The notes below the pieces were generated by a model that was given only the letters and a program-made list of their open reading frames with translations, had not been told where the DNA came from and did not search any database. A stretch of DNA of 64,000 bases from Rubripirellula sp. (GTDB lineage: Bacteria > Planctomycetota > Planctomycetia > Pirellulales > Pirellulaceae), in the NCBI GenBank assembly GCA_965216875.1, contig OZ244207.1, positions 1,696,001-1,760,000 of the forward strand, given 5' to 3'. Below, in pieces: positions 49,224 to 60,277 of the stretch. Position 1 is the first letter of the stretch. Every line of letters begins with the position of its first letter. Both the position numbers and the translations under genes were made by a program.

Positions 49224-50903
49224 ATGTCTGCAAGCCGCCTTTTGATTCTGATCGCGATCGCCGTGTTCGCGTTGCCAACCCTGCCGCCGGCTTCGGCCCA
49301 GCGCGGGGCATTGATCGAAGATTTGTTTCGGACGATTGCCGAAGCGCAGCTTGAGCGTGAACAGCGAAAACGCGTCGAAGCCGAACAAGCCGCCGCAGAA
49401 GCTCGCCGAGTCAAGCCGATTGAATCGAACTTGAATGTGCCGCCACGAGCCGTGGGACCGGGGCGTGGGCGACCGGGCGAAATCAATGTTCGCAGTCGTG
49501 AGGCAGCCGTTTTTGCACAAGATCTGGTCAACTTCAGTGCTGGGGTTTCGCCGCTTGTCGATGATCTTCGTTCAGCGGCGGGAACAAACCCAACGATCCG
49601 TGCACTGCTGCCCGACGCCTACCAGGTCGCCGCCGACACGCGCGCGTTGTTGCATCAATGCGACGGGTTGGCCGCAGTCCAACCAATCGTTCCGGCATAT
49701 TCGGATCTTGATGCTCGTTGGCGTCGGCTTTCGTTTTCATTGCGTGGCATCGAAGGATTGAGCGATCGCTGCACGTCGACGATCCGCAGTTGTGACCAGC
49801 TTGTTGGTTCGATGGCGAATCATCTAGGGATCCAACCGCAATTTGATCGCCATGGCTTGCACGATCTGATGATCATCGCGGCGACTCATATGGAGACGCT
49901 GATGGATGACTTGCAAATGGCGTCCATTTCGCATCGCGAAGCGGCGCGATTGACGCACGAGTGTCGCTTGTTGCGTCAGCGCCTGCTGGGCGAGGCCGAC
50001 CACGTTGATCGTATCAGCTACGATCAAGTTGTGTCGCGTTTCAATGAGTTTGTCACTCGCTGGCGATCGTATGCGTCGCAGGTGTACGACATTCCTGACC
50101 CCTATTTGCATCGACGCTTGAACCGAATCGCCGAGGTTGGCGACGAAACCTATGCGTTGCTGTGGATGCCTCCGCCGTTTGATGCCGGGTTGCTGCTCGA
50201 ATCGGCGCATCGGCTTGAACGCAACTGCGACCAGCTGCTGGACCAGCTCACCTTGCGAACGCTTGGCGGGCTCCCGCGTCAGGACCAAATGGCGATCCTC
50301 GAATCGAGTCGATCAGTTCACCAGCTCTCTCGGCAGCTTGAAGATGCGGCCGCGCGCGGTCTGCCGCGAAACGAGCTGCAGGCAACGTTCCGAAAAATCG
50401 ACCGCGATTGGGGCTCGTTGCGCCAGACCTACACGCGACTTCCCGGTATCAACAATGCTTCGATCTCGGGAATCGACCACGAATGCGGGACACTTCGGCG
50501 GGCGCTCGGTGTTACCTCGTCGGTCGTTCCTGCGGTTGACCTACGAGGGTTGACGCAACTCGCAGCGGCCATCGAAAGCGGCGCAGCTTACCTCGATGCT
50601 GATATTCAACGTTATCAACGCAACATGCAGCCGCAGTCGTATCGTCGCTCAATCGTCGAGTCCTCGCGCGAGTTTTACCGGCATGCAAAGCAACTGCATT
50701 CGCTCGTGGAGCGGCAATCCGAATTGCGTGTTCTTCAGCGAGAAGCGGAGCAGATGCTTGATGGTTGGCAACAGTTGACCAAGGACATCGGCGTTGCGCA
50801 TTCGCGCGGTCTGAGCGATAGTCGTGCGGGCGTCCTGCAAGAGGCGCATCGTGAACTTGCGCCGCTTGTGGCTCAAGCGGTTGCCGCCCTGCTCGACCGC
50901 TAG
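49224..50903 (+). CDS. Secreted all-helical hypothetical protein with internal repeats
   Basis: Signal peptide ending ASA-Q and recurring helical units ending D.RW/V.RW/D.DW/L.GW. Confidence 0.75.
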   Translation: MSASRLLILIAIAVFALPTLPPASAQRGALIEDLFRTIAEAQLEREQRKRVEAEQAAAEARRVKPIESNLNVPPRAVGPGRGRPGEINVRSREAAVFAQDLVNFSAGVSPLVDDLRSAAGTNPTIRALLPDAYQVAADTRALLHQCDGLAAVQPIVPAYSDLDARWRRLSFSLRGIEGLSDRCTSTIRSCDQLVGSMANHLGIQPQFDRHGLHDLMIIAATHMETLMDDLQMASISHREAARLTHECRLLRQRLLGEADHVDRISYDQVVSRFNEFVTRWRSYASQVYDIPDPYLHRRLNRIAEVGDETYALLWMPPPFDAGLLLESAHRLERNCDQLLDQLTLRTLGGLPRQDQMAILESSRSVHQLSRQLEDAAARGLPRNELQATFRKIDRDWGSLRQTYTRLPGINNASISGIDHECGTLRRALGVTSSVVPAVDLRGLTQLAAAIESGAAYLDADIQRYQRNMQPQSYRRSIVESSREFYRHAKQLHSLVERQSELRVLQREAEQMLDGWQQLTKDIGVAHSRGLSDSRAGVLQEAHRELAPLVAQAVAALLDR

Positions 50904-51004
50904 TTCGTGAGCTATCCTATTGGGTGTGCTGCAGCAAAAGTACACGGATTATCCACACAAGCCCCACAATTGATCGGCAAAACCGGCGTTTTTGGTCGTC
51001 ATCT

Positions 51005-52144
51005 ATGAGCATCACCCGCAATCCCACTCGCGCGGTTCGCATCGGCAATCTTTCAATTGGTGCCGACAATCCGATTGCCGTCCAAAGCATGACGGCTACG
51101 AAGACGCAGAATATCGATGCCACTTCGGCCCAGGCTGAAGCCCTTCGTGAGCGGGGGGCCGGCGTGGTTCGCGTCGCCGTCGATAGCACCAAAGATGCCG
51201 AAGCCCTCGCCGAGATTCGCAAGAACACCACGGCCAATCTCGCCGTCGACCTGCAAGAGAATTTCAAGCTGGCCGAGGCCGTCGCGCCGTTTGTGGACAA
51301 GATCCGATACAACCCAGGACACCTCTACCATCATCAGAAAGAGAAGCCCTGGCAGGACAAAGTTCGCTTCATCATCCAGCAGGCGATCGATCATGATTGC
51401 GCTGTGCGAATTGGCGTGAACTGCGGTAGTGTGGATCCGGCAAAGAAAGAGAAGTACGACCCCGAAGATTCGATCACGCCAATGCTCGAGAGTGCACTCG
51501 AGCACTGCGAGTTTGTCGACTCACTCGGTTTTCACCGCTTTGCCGTCTCACTCAAAGATAGTGACCCGGCGAAGGTGATCGAGGTCAACAAGCGGTTTGC
51601 GGAACAACGCCCCGACGTTCCGCTTCATCTCGGTGTGACCGAAGCCGGAATGCCACCGGATGGCATCATCAAAACGCGCATCGCATTCGAGCAGTTGATC
51701 GGGCGCGGGATTGGTGACACTGTTCGCGTTTCGTTGACCCTTCCCAACGACCGCAAACCGGAAGAGATCGAGGCTGGCCAAGGAATCATCGATGACATCT
51801 ACGCGGGCCGTGTTCGTAGCGTCGTTCAGTTGAACGACAAAGCGCTGAACATCATCAGTTGCCCGAGTTGTTCACGCGTCGAGAACGAGGCGTTCATCGA
51901 TTTGGCCGCGAGCGTCAAGGAGATGACCGAATACGCCAAAGACTACGAGATCACGATTGCCGTGATGGGTTGCCGGGTGAATGGCCCCGGTGAAACCGAC
52001 GACGCGGATTTGGGACTTTGGTGCGGCCCGGCAAAGGTGAATCTAAAGCGAGGCCCCGAAGCACTCGGAGCCTTCGGCTACGACGAGATCCTACCGCGAC
52101 TCAAAACCGAGCTCGATGAGTTGATCGCGAAAAAGAAGGTGTAG
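51005..52144 (+). CDS. ispG: (E)-4-hydroxy-3-methylbut-2-enyl-diphosphate synthase
   Basis: [42 protein letters not shown] and [10 protein letters not shown]. Confidence 0.97.
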   Translation: MSITRNPTRAVRIGNLSIGADNPIAVQSMTATKTQNIDATSAQAEALRERGAGVVRVAVDSTKDAEALAEIRKNTTANLAVDLQENFKLAEAVAPFVDKIRYNPGHLYHHQKEKPWQDKVRFIIQQAIDHDCAVRIGVNCGSVDPAKKEKYDPEDSITPMLESALEHCEFVDSLGFHRFAVSLKDSDPAKVIEVNKRFAEQRPDVPLHLGVTEAGMPPDGIIKTRIAFEQLIGRGIGDTVRVSLTLPNDRKPEEIEAGQGIIDDIYAGRVRSVVQLNDKALNIISCPSCSRVENEAFIDLAASVKEMTEYAKDYEITIAVMGCRVNGPGETDDADLGLWCGPAKVNLKRGPEALGAFGYDEILPRLKTELDELIAKKKV

Positions 52145-52374
52145 GTCATGCTCCGCATGACACCCACAACTTTCGCGGAGCGAAAGGCGACATATAGACT
52201 GAGCCGAACGCGCTAGCGTCGGGCCTCATCAGCCGTAGCTACGCTCGCCAGAGCGTGGTGCTTTAGCGGGCGACCATCCAGCACATTCCACCTTCTGGCG
52301 AAGGTAGCTACGAACAGGGATCACGCAACTTCCGCGGAGCGAAAGGCGACAAACATGTGAGCCGAACGCGCTAG
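52141..52374. repeat. REP mosaic E-C-B-A-C-B, with the last B interrupted by the IS
   Basis: About 100 bp (52213-52312) is repeated identically at 54052-54151. Confidence 0.9.
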
Positions 52375-54051
52375 CCCGAATTATTCATCAGAGTTGAACG
52401 AAAAGAGCCTTTCGTGCGTCCAAGTTGGTATCTGACATCAACTTACGACCCACAAAAAGGCTCGCCCCAATGGTACACGATTTACAGCCAGCGTTGTTCG
52501 ACTTTTTCCCGGGGCGAACGATTGAAGTTCGGCAAGTTGACGAACATGTCAGTTGCGATGGTGGCCTCGTGGTGTTCCGTGAACTCGACGATAAGCTCGG
52601 GCTGACTGAATCGTTTTCTGATTGCATCGGCGAAGTCAGACGCAAGCCGACTCATTCTCTCTTAAGCGTTATTCGACAGCGCGTTTTTGGAATCATCGCT
52701 GGCTACGAAGACCAGGACGATCACGACACGTTGCGCTCGGATCCTATCTTCAAGTTGATCGCTGGGCGTACGGTTCAAGAGGGGGATTTGGCGAGTCAGC
52801 CCACCATCTCCAGAATTGAAAATGGGATCACCCCGAGAGATCTGCTGGCTCTGGAGGACTGGTTCATCAAGGCATTCGTCGAGTCGTTTGACGAGCCACC
52901 CTCCGAGGTCACCCTTGATATCGACACCTTTGCCGACGCCACGCACGGCGCCCAGCAACTAACCTTCTTCAACGGGTTCTACCGTCAGCACATGTACCAG
53001 GAGCGTGTGATCACTTGTGCTGAAAACCAACAGGTGGTTCTCCCTGTTTTGCTGTATGGGACGGCCAATGTTGCATTGGCCGCTGACGATGACCTGCTTC
53101 GAATCATCGACGCGTTGCGTCAGAAGTTCCCGGATGTTCGGGTGCATGTGCGAGCCGACAACGGCTTCGCCACACCCTACATCTACGAGGCACTGGAATC
53201 TCGCTCCGGAGTGACGTACAGCATCGGTTACCAAATGAACCGGTTAATGCGGAGATTTACGGACGAATTGAAGTGTGTTGCCGAGTTGGCATTCGAGTCG
53301 TCCGGACAGGAGCAGTGTCGGTTCATGCACCGCAAACATCAAGCTGGAACCTGGAAACGGGAACGTGACTTGGTCTTTAAATGTGAAGTGACCAGCGAAG
53401 GAACCAACCGACGTGTCGTGGTGACCAATCGTCCAGGCGCCGAGCAATACCCCGACGGAGTCTATCAAGAGTATGGGGATCGGGGCGAAAGTGAAAACCG
53501 AAACAAAGAATTGAGTGTGGACCTCTGCGCTGACCGCCTGAGCGACCACCGCTACATGGCGAATCTGTTCCGGATGATGTTGCACTGTGTCTCTTACAAC
53601 TTGCTGGCGAGACTACGGAGGATCGTTGCGAGCCCACTGGATGAACCGGTCGATCCGTCGACCCACCTTCCATTCGAGGCGTTGCCAACACCTCAAAAGC
53701 AGCGGCACCGAAGTCGCAATCGCCGACACGATCCATTGGGTCGCGGGCAGGCGATGACTTGGCGAACGCTGGTCGTGAAAGTGGCAGCGCGAGTTGAACT
53801 GCTTAGCCGCAAGGTGCGTCTTCTCGTTCCAACTTCTTGGCCTCACTGGCGACACCTACACCGAGTCACTGTCGCACTGGCGGCCTACCATGCCAGCGAC
53901 TAATCGCCCCCATCGAAGCGCTCGCTAGTCGCTCGTGGCCAATCAGGTCATTGGGGTAAGGGGCCCTCCGCGCCGACTTCGGCACAGCCCCCGAAAAACA
54001 ACTTCTATCACGCCAGCAACTCCAAACCTCAAAACCCATGAATAATCCGGG
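52375..54051 (+). mobile_element. IS1380-family insertion sequence (1677 bp)
   Basis: Terminal IRs CCCGAATTATTCAT and ATGAATAATCCGGG (13/14 match), flanked by CTAG direct repeats, with a single transposase gene. Confidence 0.93.
52470..53903 (+). CDS. IS1380-family DDE transposase
   Basis: SCDGGL, LASQPTISR, DID..HGAQQ, VRADNGF and Y..RGESEN..KE. Alternative start at 52425. Confidence 0.93.
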   Translation: MVHDLQPALFDFFPGRTIEVRQVDEHVSCDGGLVVFRELDDKLGLTESFSDCIGEVRRKPTHSLLSVIRQRVFGIIAGYEDQDDHDTLRSDPIFKLIAGRTVQEGDLASQPTISRIENGITPRDLLALEDWFIKAFVESFDEPPSEVTLDIDTFADATHGAQQLTFFNGFYRQHMYQERVITCAENQQVVLPVLLYGTANVALAADDDLLRIIDALRQKFPDVRVHVRADNGFATPYIYEALESRSGVTYSIGYQMNRLMRRFTDELKCVAELAFESSGQEQCRFMHRKHQAGTWKRERDLVFKCEVTSEGTNRRVVVTNRPGAEQYPDGVYQEYGDRGESENRNKELSVDLCADRLSDHRYMANLFRMMLHCVSYNLLARLRRIVASPLDEPVDPSTHLPFEALPTPQKQRHRSRNRRHDPLGRGQAMTWRTLVVKVAARVELLSRKVRLLVPTSWPHWRHLHRVTVALAAYHASD

Positions 54052-54208
54052 CTAGCGTCGGGCCTCATCAGCCGTAGCTACGCTCGCCAGAGCGTGGTGC
54101 TTTAGCGGGCGACCATCCAGCACATTCCACCTTCTGGCGAAGGTAGCTACGGATGCGATCGCGTTTGCGACGCCTTTACGGCCGCGTGTCATGCAGAGCA
54201 TGACCTAC
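54052..54208. repeat. REP mosaic continuation (rest of B, A doublet, E in reverse)
   Basis: Completes the interrupted REP and duplicates 52213-52312. Confidence 0.9.
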
Positions 54209-54218
54209 ATGTAGGCCA

Positions 54219-55433
54219 TTACAGCGTCGTGCTGCTCTTGAGCACCGGTACGAGTAGCGCCAACACGACGCCCAGTACGAGGATGGCCATGATCAACAAC
54301 ATGATCGGTTCGAGCAGTCGTACGAACAGGTCCAAACGACGGAACGTCACCTTCTCCAGCGAATCGGCGATGTCCGGAAGCACGGTGTCGAGTGAGTTGC
54401 TCTCTTCGCCGATGCTGATCATTTCCACCACCGATGGTGGGAAATGACCCGATGCACGTAGCGGCGATGCCAAGCTTTCACCACTTCGGATGTTTTCACT
54501 TGCGTCAGTGACAGACTTGGAAAGCAAGCGGTTGCCGGTCGCCGTGCCGCTGATGTCGAGCGACTTGAGGATCGGAACGCCGTTGCCCAGCAGCGTTCCG
54601 AGAACGCGACAGAAACGTGCGACAGCCAGGTTCATCAAGATGCCGCCGAGGATTGGAATCTTGAGTTTGGCGCGATCAAAGAACTCTAGTCCTTGTTCGG
54701 TCTTCAGTTTCATTCGTATCGCGACACCAGCGAATAATATGGCGAACAGGATGAGGATCCCGTAGTCTTGCAGCATGTTGCTGAACGCGAGCAGTGCTTT
54801 GGTCGGCAGAGGCATCTCGCCCTTTTCGTCGAGCCTTGCGAAAAGCATCTCGAACTTGGGAACGAAGAAGACCAACAGCACGGTCACGACGACCGATCCA
54901 ACGCAAAACAGGAACGCGGGATAGGCAAGTGCGCTGACGGTACGCCCTTTGAGGTCTTCTTGCAGTTCGGTGAACGCGCCAACGCGTTCGAGGGCGTCTT
55001 CAAGGAACCCGCCTTCAGTGCCCGCGCGGACCATATTACAGCCCATGTCGCTGAAGACACCGGGGTAGCGCGCCATGGCGTTACCAAGCGGTTCACCATC
55101 TTCGACACGCGTTTTGATCTCGGCGATCACTTCCTTGAGTACCTCGTCGGAGGTTTGGTCCGAGAGGACGTTGAGCGTGCGGATCATCGGGACGCCGGCG
55201 CGCAATAGCGCTGCCATTTGGCCATAAAAAATGGCCATCGTTTGGGCTTTGACCTTTTTGCGTTTGCCAAAGAGTCGGATGCCAGCACCCGATTGTCCGA
55301 CATCTTCGACCGAGACGGGAAAGAGTGAACGTTCCGCAAGGATTGCGGTCACTTCGCGCTGGCCGGCTGCCTCGAGCGTCCCATTGATCTGTTTGCCCGT
55401 CATATCGCGGGCGGTGTATGCAAACGTTGGCAT
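54219..55433 (-). CDS. Type II secretion/type IV pilus inner-membrane platform protein (GspF/PilC family)
   Basis: MPTFAYTARD, AGTEGG.L, ALAYP, VPKF, IGEES and LLEP. Confidence 0.95.
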   Translation of the reverse strand: MPTFAYTARDMTGKQINGTLEAAGQREVTAILAERSLFPVSVEDVGQSGAGIRLFGKRKKVKAQTMAIFYGQMAALLRAGVPMIRTLNVLSDQTSDEVLKEVIAEIKTRVEDGEPLGNAMARYPGVFSDMGCNMVRAGTEGGFLEDALERVGAFTELQEDLKGRTVSALAYPAFLFCVGSVVVTVLLVFFVPKFEMLFARLDEKGEMPLPTKALLAFSNMLQDYGILILFAILFAGVAIRMKLKTEQGLEFFDRAKLKIPILGGILMNLAVARFCRVLGTLLGNGVPILKSLDISGTATGNRLLSKSVTDASENIRSGESLASPLRASGHFPPSVVEMISIGEESNSLDTVLPDIADSLEKVTFRRLDLFVRLLEPIMLLIMAILVLGVVLALLVPVLKSSTTL

Positions 55434-55438
55434 GTCTT

Positions 55439-57124
55439 CTACAGCGCCTCGCCCTTGGTGACACGAAGCACTTCGTCGATGGTCGTGTTGCCGGCGACCA
55501 CTTTGTCCCATGCGTCCATTCGCAGAGTCCGCATGCCCTCTTTGACCGCTTGTTTGCGTACGTCCCAGCTACTTGAACGAGCAAGGGTCATGTCTTTGAT
55601 CGACTCCGTCGTCGTCAGCAGTTCGTAGATACCCATTCGACCTGCGTATCCGACGTTGCGACATTCGCGACAGCCTGTGCTGCGGTAGATCTTGTTGTTG
55701 CCAAGGTCATCCCAAGGAAAGTCGGCGGGCACGTCGTCACGGCTTGGCACATAGGCTTCTTTGCAGTGGTTGCAAACTCGCCGCAACAATCGCTGGGCCA
55801 TCACACCTTCGACCGTACCTGAAACAAGGAAGGGCTCCACGCCCATGTCAGCCATACGTGTGTAAGCACCTGCGGCGTCGTTGGTGTGCAACGTACTGAA
55901 GACCAAGTGACCGGTCAGTGATGCTTGAATCGCATTTTCAGCCGTCTCCAAGTCGCGAATCTCGCCAACCAGGACGATGTCGGGGTCGTGACGCAAGATG
56001 CTCCGCAGCGAATGAGCAAAGGTCAAACCAATCTTGCTGTGGACTTGAATCTGGTTGATTCCGTCAAGTTGGTATTCAACCGGATCCTCTGTCGTGATGA
56101 TCTTGGTCTCGGGACTCCGTATCTCGAGCAGCGAGCTATAAAGCGTCGTCGTCTTTCCGGAACCGGTCGGCCCGGTGACCAGAACGATCCCGTGAGGCAA
56201 GCGAATGAGTTGCTGGAACGTTTGATAGACTTGCTGGGACATCCCCAGGCCCTTCAAGTCAAACACCATGGCTGACTTGTCGAGCACACGCATCACCAAG
56301 CCTTCGCCATGGATCATCGGAATCACGCTCAGGCGGATGTCGACTTCCCGGCCGTGAACGCGAAGCTTGATTCGCCCGTCTTGCGGTAGGCGTTTTTCAG
56401 CGATGTTCAGTCTCGCCATGATTTTCAAGCGGCTGATGATCGCTGCTTGAAAGCGATTGATTTCCGGAGGCACCGGTTGAGGATGCAGGATGCCGTCGAT
56501 TCGGTAGCGAATCACGATCCCGTCGGATTGCGATTCGATGTGAACGTCGCTGGCGCGCGTTTCGATCGCCTCGAGCAAGATTTCGTTGACCAAGCGAACG
56601 ACCGACGCTTCCTGAGCCATTTCGCTCAGTTCGCTGCCGTCCGATTCGATCTGGTCGAGCAGTTCGACTTCTTCTTCCTCGGCCGATGCCAACAGGCCTT
56701 CGACCGTTTCACTACCGACGCCGAGGTGCCGGTTCATCAGACGCTGGATCTCCGCTCGCTCGGCGACGACGGGGATAATGTTCTTGCCGGTTGCAGCGCT
56801 TGCTTCATCAAGCGGGTAAAGGTCAAGCGGGTCTGACGTTGCGACCACGATCGAGTCGTCTTCGAAACGGACCGGAAAGAGCGATTGGCGATAGATCAGT
56901 TTCTGTGGAAAGCCAGCCAGCGCATCGAGGTCGATCTCGGTTTCGCGCAGGTCGACATATTCGAGGCCGACCTCTTCGGCGAGCGCTTTCAGTGCTTCGC
57001 GTTCGTTGACGTAGCCGAGCGAAATCGCAGCTTGCACGACGCTTGGCGAGTCACTGTTGCGGCTTTGTTCCAATTGCTCATCGCTCAACAAGCCGCGACG
57101 ACGAAGGATTTCACCAGCATGCAT
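55439..57124 (-). CDS. Type II/IV secretion ATPase (GspE/PilB family)
   Basis: ASDVHIE, RLPQDG, Walker A GPTGSGKTT, LRHDPD..LVGEIRD, TGHLVFSTLHTND and CxxC pairs. Confidence 0.96.
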   Translation of the reverse strand: MHAGEILRRRGLLSDEQLEQSRNSDSPSVVQAAISLGYVNEREALKALAEEVGLEYVDLRETEIDLDALAGFPQKLIYRQSLFPVRFEDDSIVVATSDPLDLYPLDEASAATGKNIIPVVAERAEIQRLMNRHLGVGSETVEGLLASAEEEEVELLDQIESDGSELSEMAQEASVVRLVNEILLEAIETRASDVHIESQSDGIVIRYRIDGILHPQPVPPEINRFQAAIISRLKIMARLNIAEKRLPQDGRIKLRVHGREVDIRLSVIPMIHGEGLVMRVLDKSAMVFDLKGLGMSQQVYQTFQQLIRLPHGIVLVTGPTGSGKTTTLYSSLLEIRSPETKIITTEDPVEYQLDGINQIQVHSKIGLTFAHSLRSILRHDPDIVLVGEIRDLETAENAIQASLTGHLVFSTLHTNDAAGAYTRMADMGVEPFLVSGTVEGVMAQRLLRRVCNHCKEAYVPSRDDVPADFPWDDLGNNKIYRSTGCRECRNVGYAGRMGIYELLTTTESIKDMTLARSSSWDVRKQAVKEGMRTLRMDAWDKVVAGNTTIDEVLRVTKGEAL

Positions 57125-57322
57125 GATCATGAAACTTTGCGCTCTCTCCACATTGCTACGCCGTCAGGTGGGATCGACCGGCGTGCGTGACGGTGCTGAT
57201 GAATCGGGCGTCGAACCATCGACACCACCGCCACTTCTATTGATGTTAGTTGATTGTCGAGGAAGCTGTTGGATTTCCAAGCCAACACAGTGCCAGTTGC
57301 GACAATCGACGTTCTTTTTGGG

Positions 57323-60277
57323 CTAGCGTCCTCCAGGACCGCGGCCACCGCCGCCTCCGGGACCGCCACGTCCGCCGCCTCCGGGACCGCCACGTCCGCC
57401 TCCGCCCGGTCCGCCGCCAACGCCGCCGCGACCGCCGCCAAACGGCCCACCACCGCCAAACCCTCCGGCTCGCAGTCGATTGAACAGTTCTTGGCGTCGC
57501 TGGATTTCGGATGACGATGTGTTTGCGCCGCTGCTGCCCGATTCGTTGGAGGAATTCGAGCTCGAAGCGCCGTCGCCGGTCGTGTTGACTTGAGTTCCCA
57601 AGATCGACTCGAGGGCAACACGCAGGACTTCAGGATTGAGCGAGCCGTCGACGCCGATCGTCACGACAACCTCTTCGTTTTCTTTGCCACCAAAGTCCAA
57701 TGCATTGACCAGAGCTTCGACCTCAGCGAAGTCTTGCGGTGTCGCGGTGACCACGAGCGAATTGCTCTTCTCGTCAACGGCGATGCTGATCTTCTGGGGC
57801 TCGCTGGTTGGCGTGCTGCCTCGGCCGCCGCGTCCACCACCACGCAGTGCGTTGATGAAATCTTGAGGTGAAGGTTGTCCACCACCACGGCCGCCACCGC
57901 CACCGGCGTTGTTGGCTGCGGCACCCTCGATGCGCGTTCCAAAGATCTTTTTGACCACTTCGGAAACGTCGTTGGCATCCTGGTAAATCACAGGAATCAG
58001 TTTGGGCTTGGCCGTCGTTTCGATGTCTTCGGGGCTTTCTTGACGATCAACCTTTTCCAAGATCATCTCGATCATCTGCAGGTCAATCGAATTGGCGTGC
58101 ACGATCAAGCAATTCAATCGCATGTCGGGAACGATGTTGACCGAACCGGTCGGAGTCAAAATTGACTTGGCCGATGACGTTCCGCCACCGCCGCCGCCGC
58201 CTCCGCCTGCAGCGCCAAGAAACCCGAGCATGCCCGAGAGCCCGCCACCGGTGACGCTGTCGACGGCTGAGGTGAGCGTGCTTTCGCTTCCACCTAGAAC
58301 GCTGGCAATTAGCTCGGCGGTGATGTCCGCCTTGGCGTACTTGAGCCAAAAGATGGTTGGTAAATCGGATGCTTGCGAGGTGGGCGAGGCCACTGATTCC
58401 ATGAGCGTTTGGAATGCGTCGAGCGCCTCGGTGTCTTCCGAGGCGATGATCATGCCTGCTGGCGTGAACTGAACGACGATGTCCGAACCACCGAGATTCA
58501 GTTTGACGGTGTCGTCGGCGGCTTGGGCGAGAGTCTTTTGAGCGTTGGCGTCTTCATTTCGCTCGTTGATCAAGTAGTACTTTTTTGGGGCAGCGACGCT
58601 CGCCTCGGTTGTCACCGGACTGACCTCGCGTTTGCGAGGTTGGTTGTTTGCATCGGGTTCGCGAATCACACGGCGCTCTGGGATCCCGCCTCCACCGCCA
58701 TTTCCGCGCGACGGCGTGCTGGTGCGAATACGGTTCGGGCGACCCATCACCTCCCAAATGTCTTTGACCTGATAGAGTGCGTCTTCAGCGGCGCGTCCGG
58801 TGTAGGGAAGGATACGAACTTTGTCGCCCAAGCCGCTCAACGCATCTTCGCCCTCAAGTTCCGCGATCAGCTTTTCGACCAACGCGATTTCCTCGGGTGT
58901 GCCTCGAACCCAGAGCCGACCGGTAAGCGGGTCGCCGTCGACGGTTGGACTTTCGCCACCTTCTTCGGTGACGCCAAAGAACTTGTTGATGGTCAACAAC
59001 GCTTGCGACGGGTCGAGGCGTTTCAGGTTCAAGACTTTGAAATCTTGCCCGCGACCTTCCATTTGAGCGAGCGTCTTTTCAATCAGCTCTTGGGTTTCGG
59101 GGCGAGCCCGAGCGATGATCGCTTTAGTGTTCGGATCGATGCCAATGCGAACATCGGGAATGTCGGCCAGCATCGTTTGCAGGACGTCGAACACGGTGGC
59201 GACATCAGCGGTGGCCACGAAGTGGCTTTTGAAGACGGGAAGCGCCGCGTCGCCCTCTTCGGTGGTTTGGAGTTCGGGTAGCGGCTTGTCGCGTTTTTCA
59301 ACGATTGCCTCGAGCAATTTGAGTTTGCCCGGCTCGCCGGTCGCCATGATCAGGTCACCGTAGAGGCTGACCGAAATTCGAATGTCGTCACTTGTGTTTT
59401 CACCGGGCTCGAGCCCCAACAGCGGGCGGGCGAGTTCGAGCAACTCTTCGGCACCGCGATACTCAAGTTCCATTTCGATCACTTGCGAATCGGCCGATGC
59501 TGCCTGGTCCAAGACGGTGCGGATCGCGCGAAGCTTTCCGGCGGTCTCGGTCACTTTGACTTGACGCGCTGAATCGAGCACAACGATTCGGCCCCAAGGC
59601 CCCTTCATCAATGTCAGCTCGTCGCGGGCAGCGTCGGGCGTCATGCTGCCAAGTGAGAAGACACAACTCACGATGTCGCTTTCGCCACGATCGTCGAGTT
59701 GTTCAGGAGTGACCAGCTCGGCAATCTCGCTAATCAGCTCTTCCGCGTTTTCCGCTTCGAGGTCGATGATCTGCAGCGTTCGTCCGCGGCGCACGATCGC
59801 GAATCCACGCTTCATCATTCCCAAATTCAGAATGTCGAGCGATTCAGAGATCGTGTAGGCCTTGGTCGGATCGGAGTAGGTAAAGCTTCCCGCTGGCAAC
59901 AAGTCGTACTCGAGCGACATTTCAGCTTGGTCGGAGAACCACTCCAGAACCGCTTGCCAGTTGGTGCGGGCAAAGTTGAAACGAACGAAGCGATCGTCGG
60001 CTGGCGTTTTCTCGGCTGCTGGCGGCGCTGGTTTTGCCGGGGCGACTTGAACGTCGGCGGGACTCGCTGGCTCGGCTGGCTCAGCGTTGACACCTGATTC
60101 CGATTCGTCGGCTGCATCCGCAGGTTTCTCGGGCGCCGATTCGGGCGAAGTGGGCGCGTCTGAGACGGCTTTCTCGGTGCCCGCAGACTCGTCGGCTGAT
60201 TGTTGTGCCCAGGCTGGGGCAACCAGCAGGACAAGCACCAATTGGGGCAGAAAAAGGGATCTGAAATTCGTTTTCAT
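57323..60277 (-). CDS. Secretin N-domain repeat protein (GspD-N-like) with a Gly/Arg-rich tail
   Basis: Signal peptide, N0-like FNF..W..VLEW, and several N-domain units (D..TKAIIARA, DMRLNCLIV, DEKSNSLVV). No secretin barrel recognised. Confidence 0.8.
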   Translation of the reverse strand: MKTNFRSLFLPQLVLVLLVAPAWAQQSADESAGTEKAVSDAPTSPESAPEKPADAADESESGVNAEPAEPASPADVQVAPAKPAPPAAEKTPADDRFVRFNFARTNWQAVLEWFSDQAEMSLEYDLLPAGSFTYSDPTKAYTISESLDILNLGMMKRGFAIVRRGRTLQIIDLEAENAEELISEIAELVTPEQLDDRGESDIVSCVFSLGSMTPDAARDELTLMKGPWGRIVVLDSARQVKVTETAGKLRAIRTVLDQAASADSQVIEMELEYRGAEELLELARPLLGLEPGENTSDDIRISVSLYGDLIMATGEPGKLKLLEAIVEKRDKPLPELQTTEEGDAALPVFKSHFVATADVATVFDVLQTMLADIPDVRIGIDPNTKAIIARARPETQELIEKTLAQMEGRGQDFKVLNLKRLDPSQALLTINKFFGVTEEGGESPTVDGDPLTGRLWVRGTPEEIALVEKLIAELEGEDALSGLGDKVRILPYTGRAAEDALYQVKDIWEVMGRPNRIRTSTPSRGNGGGGGIPERRVIREPDANNQPRKREVSPVTTEASVAAPKKYYLINERNEDANAQKTLAQAADDTVKLNLGGSDIVVQFTPAGMIIASEDTEALDAFQTLMESVASPTSQASDLPTIFWLKYAKADITAELIASVLGGSESTLTSAVDSVTGGGLSGMLGFLGAAGGGGGGGGGTSSAKSILTPTGSVNIVPDMRLNCLIVHANSIDLQMIEMILEKVDRQESPEDIETTAKPKLIPVIYQDANDVSEVVKKIFGTRIEGAAANNAGGGGGRGGGQPSPQDFINALRGGGRGGRGSTPTSEPQKISIAVDEKSNSLVVTATPQDFAEVEALVNALDFGGKENEEVVVTIGVDGSLNPEVLRVALESILGTQVNTTGDGASSSNSSNESGSSGANTSSSEIQRRQELFNRLRAGGFGGGGPFGGGRGGVGGGPGGGGRGGPGGGGRGGPGGGGGRGPGGR

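Noticed and set aside
52213..54151. 100-bp target-site duplication by the IS
   Set aside because: The left copy is separated from the IS by other modules. It is a pre-existing tandem REP unit, and the true duplication is CTAG (or GCTAGC).
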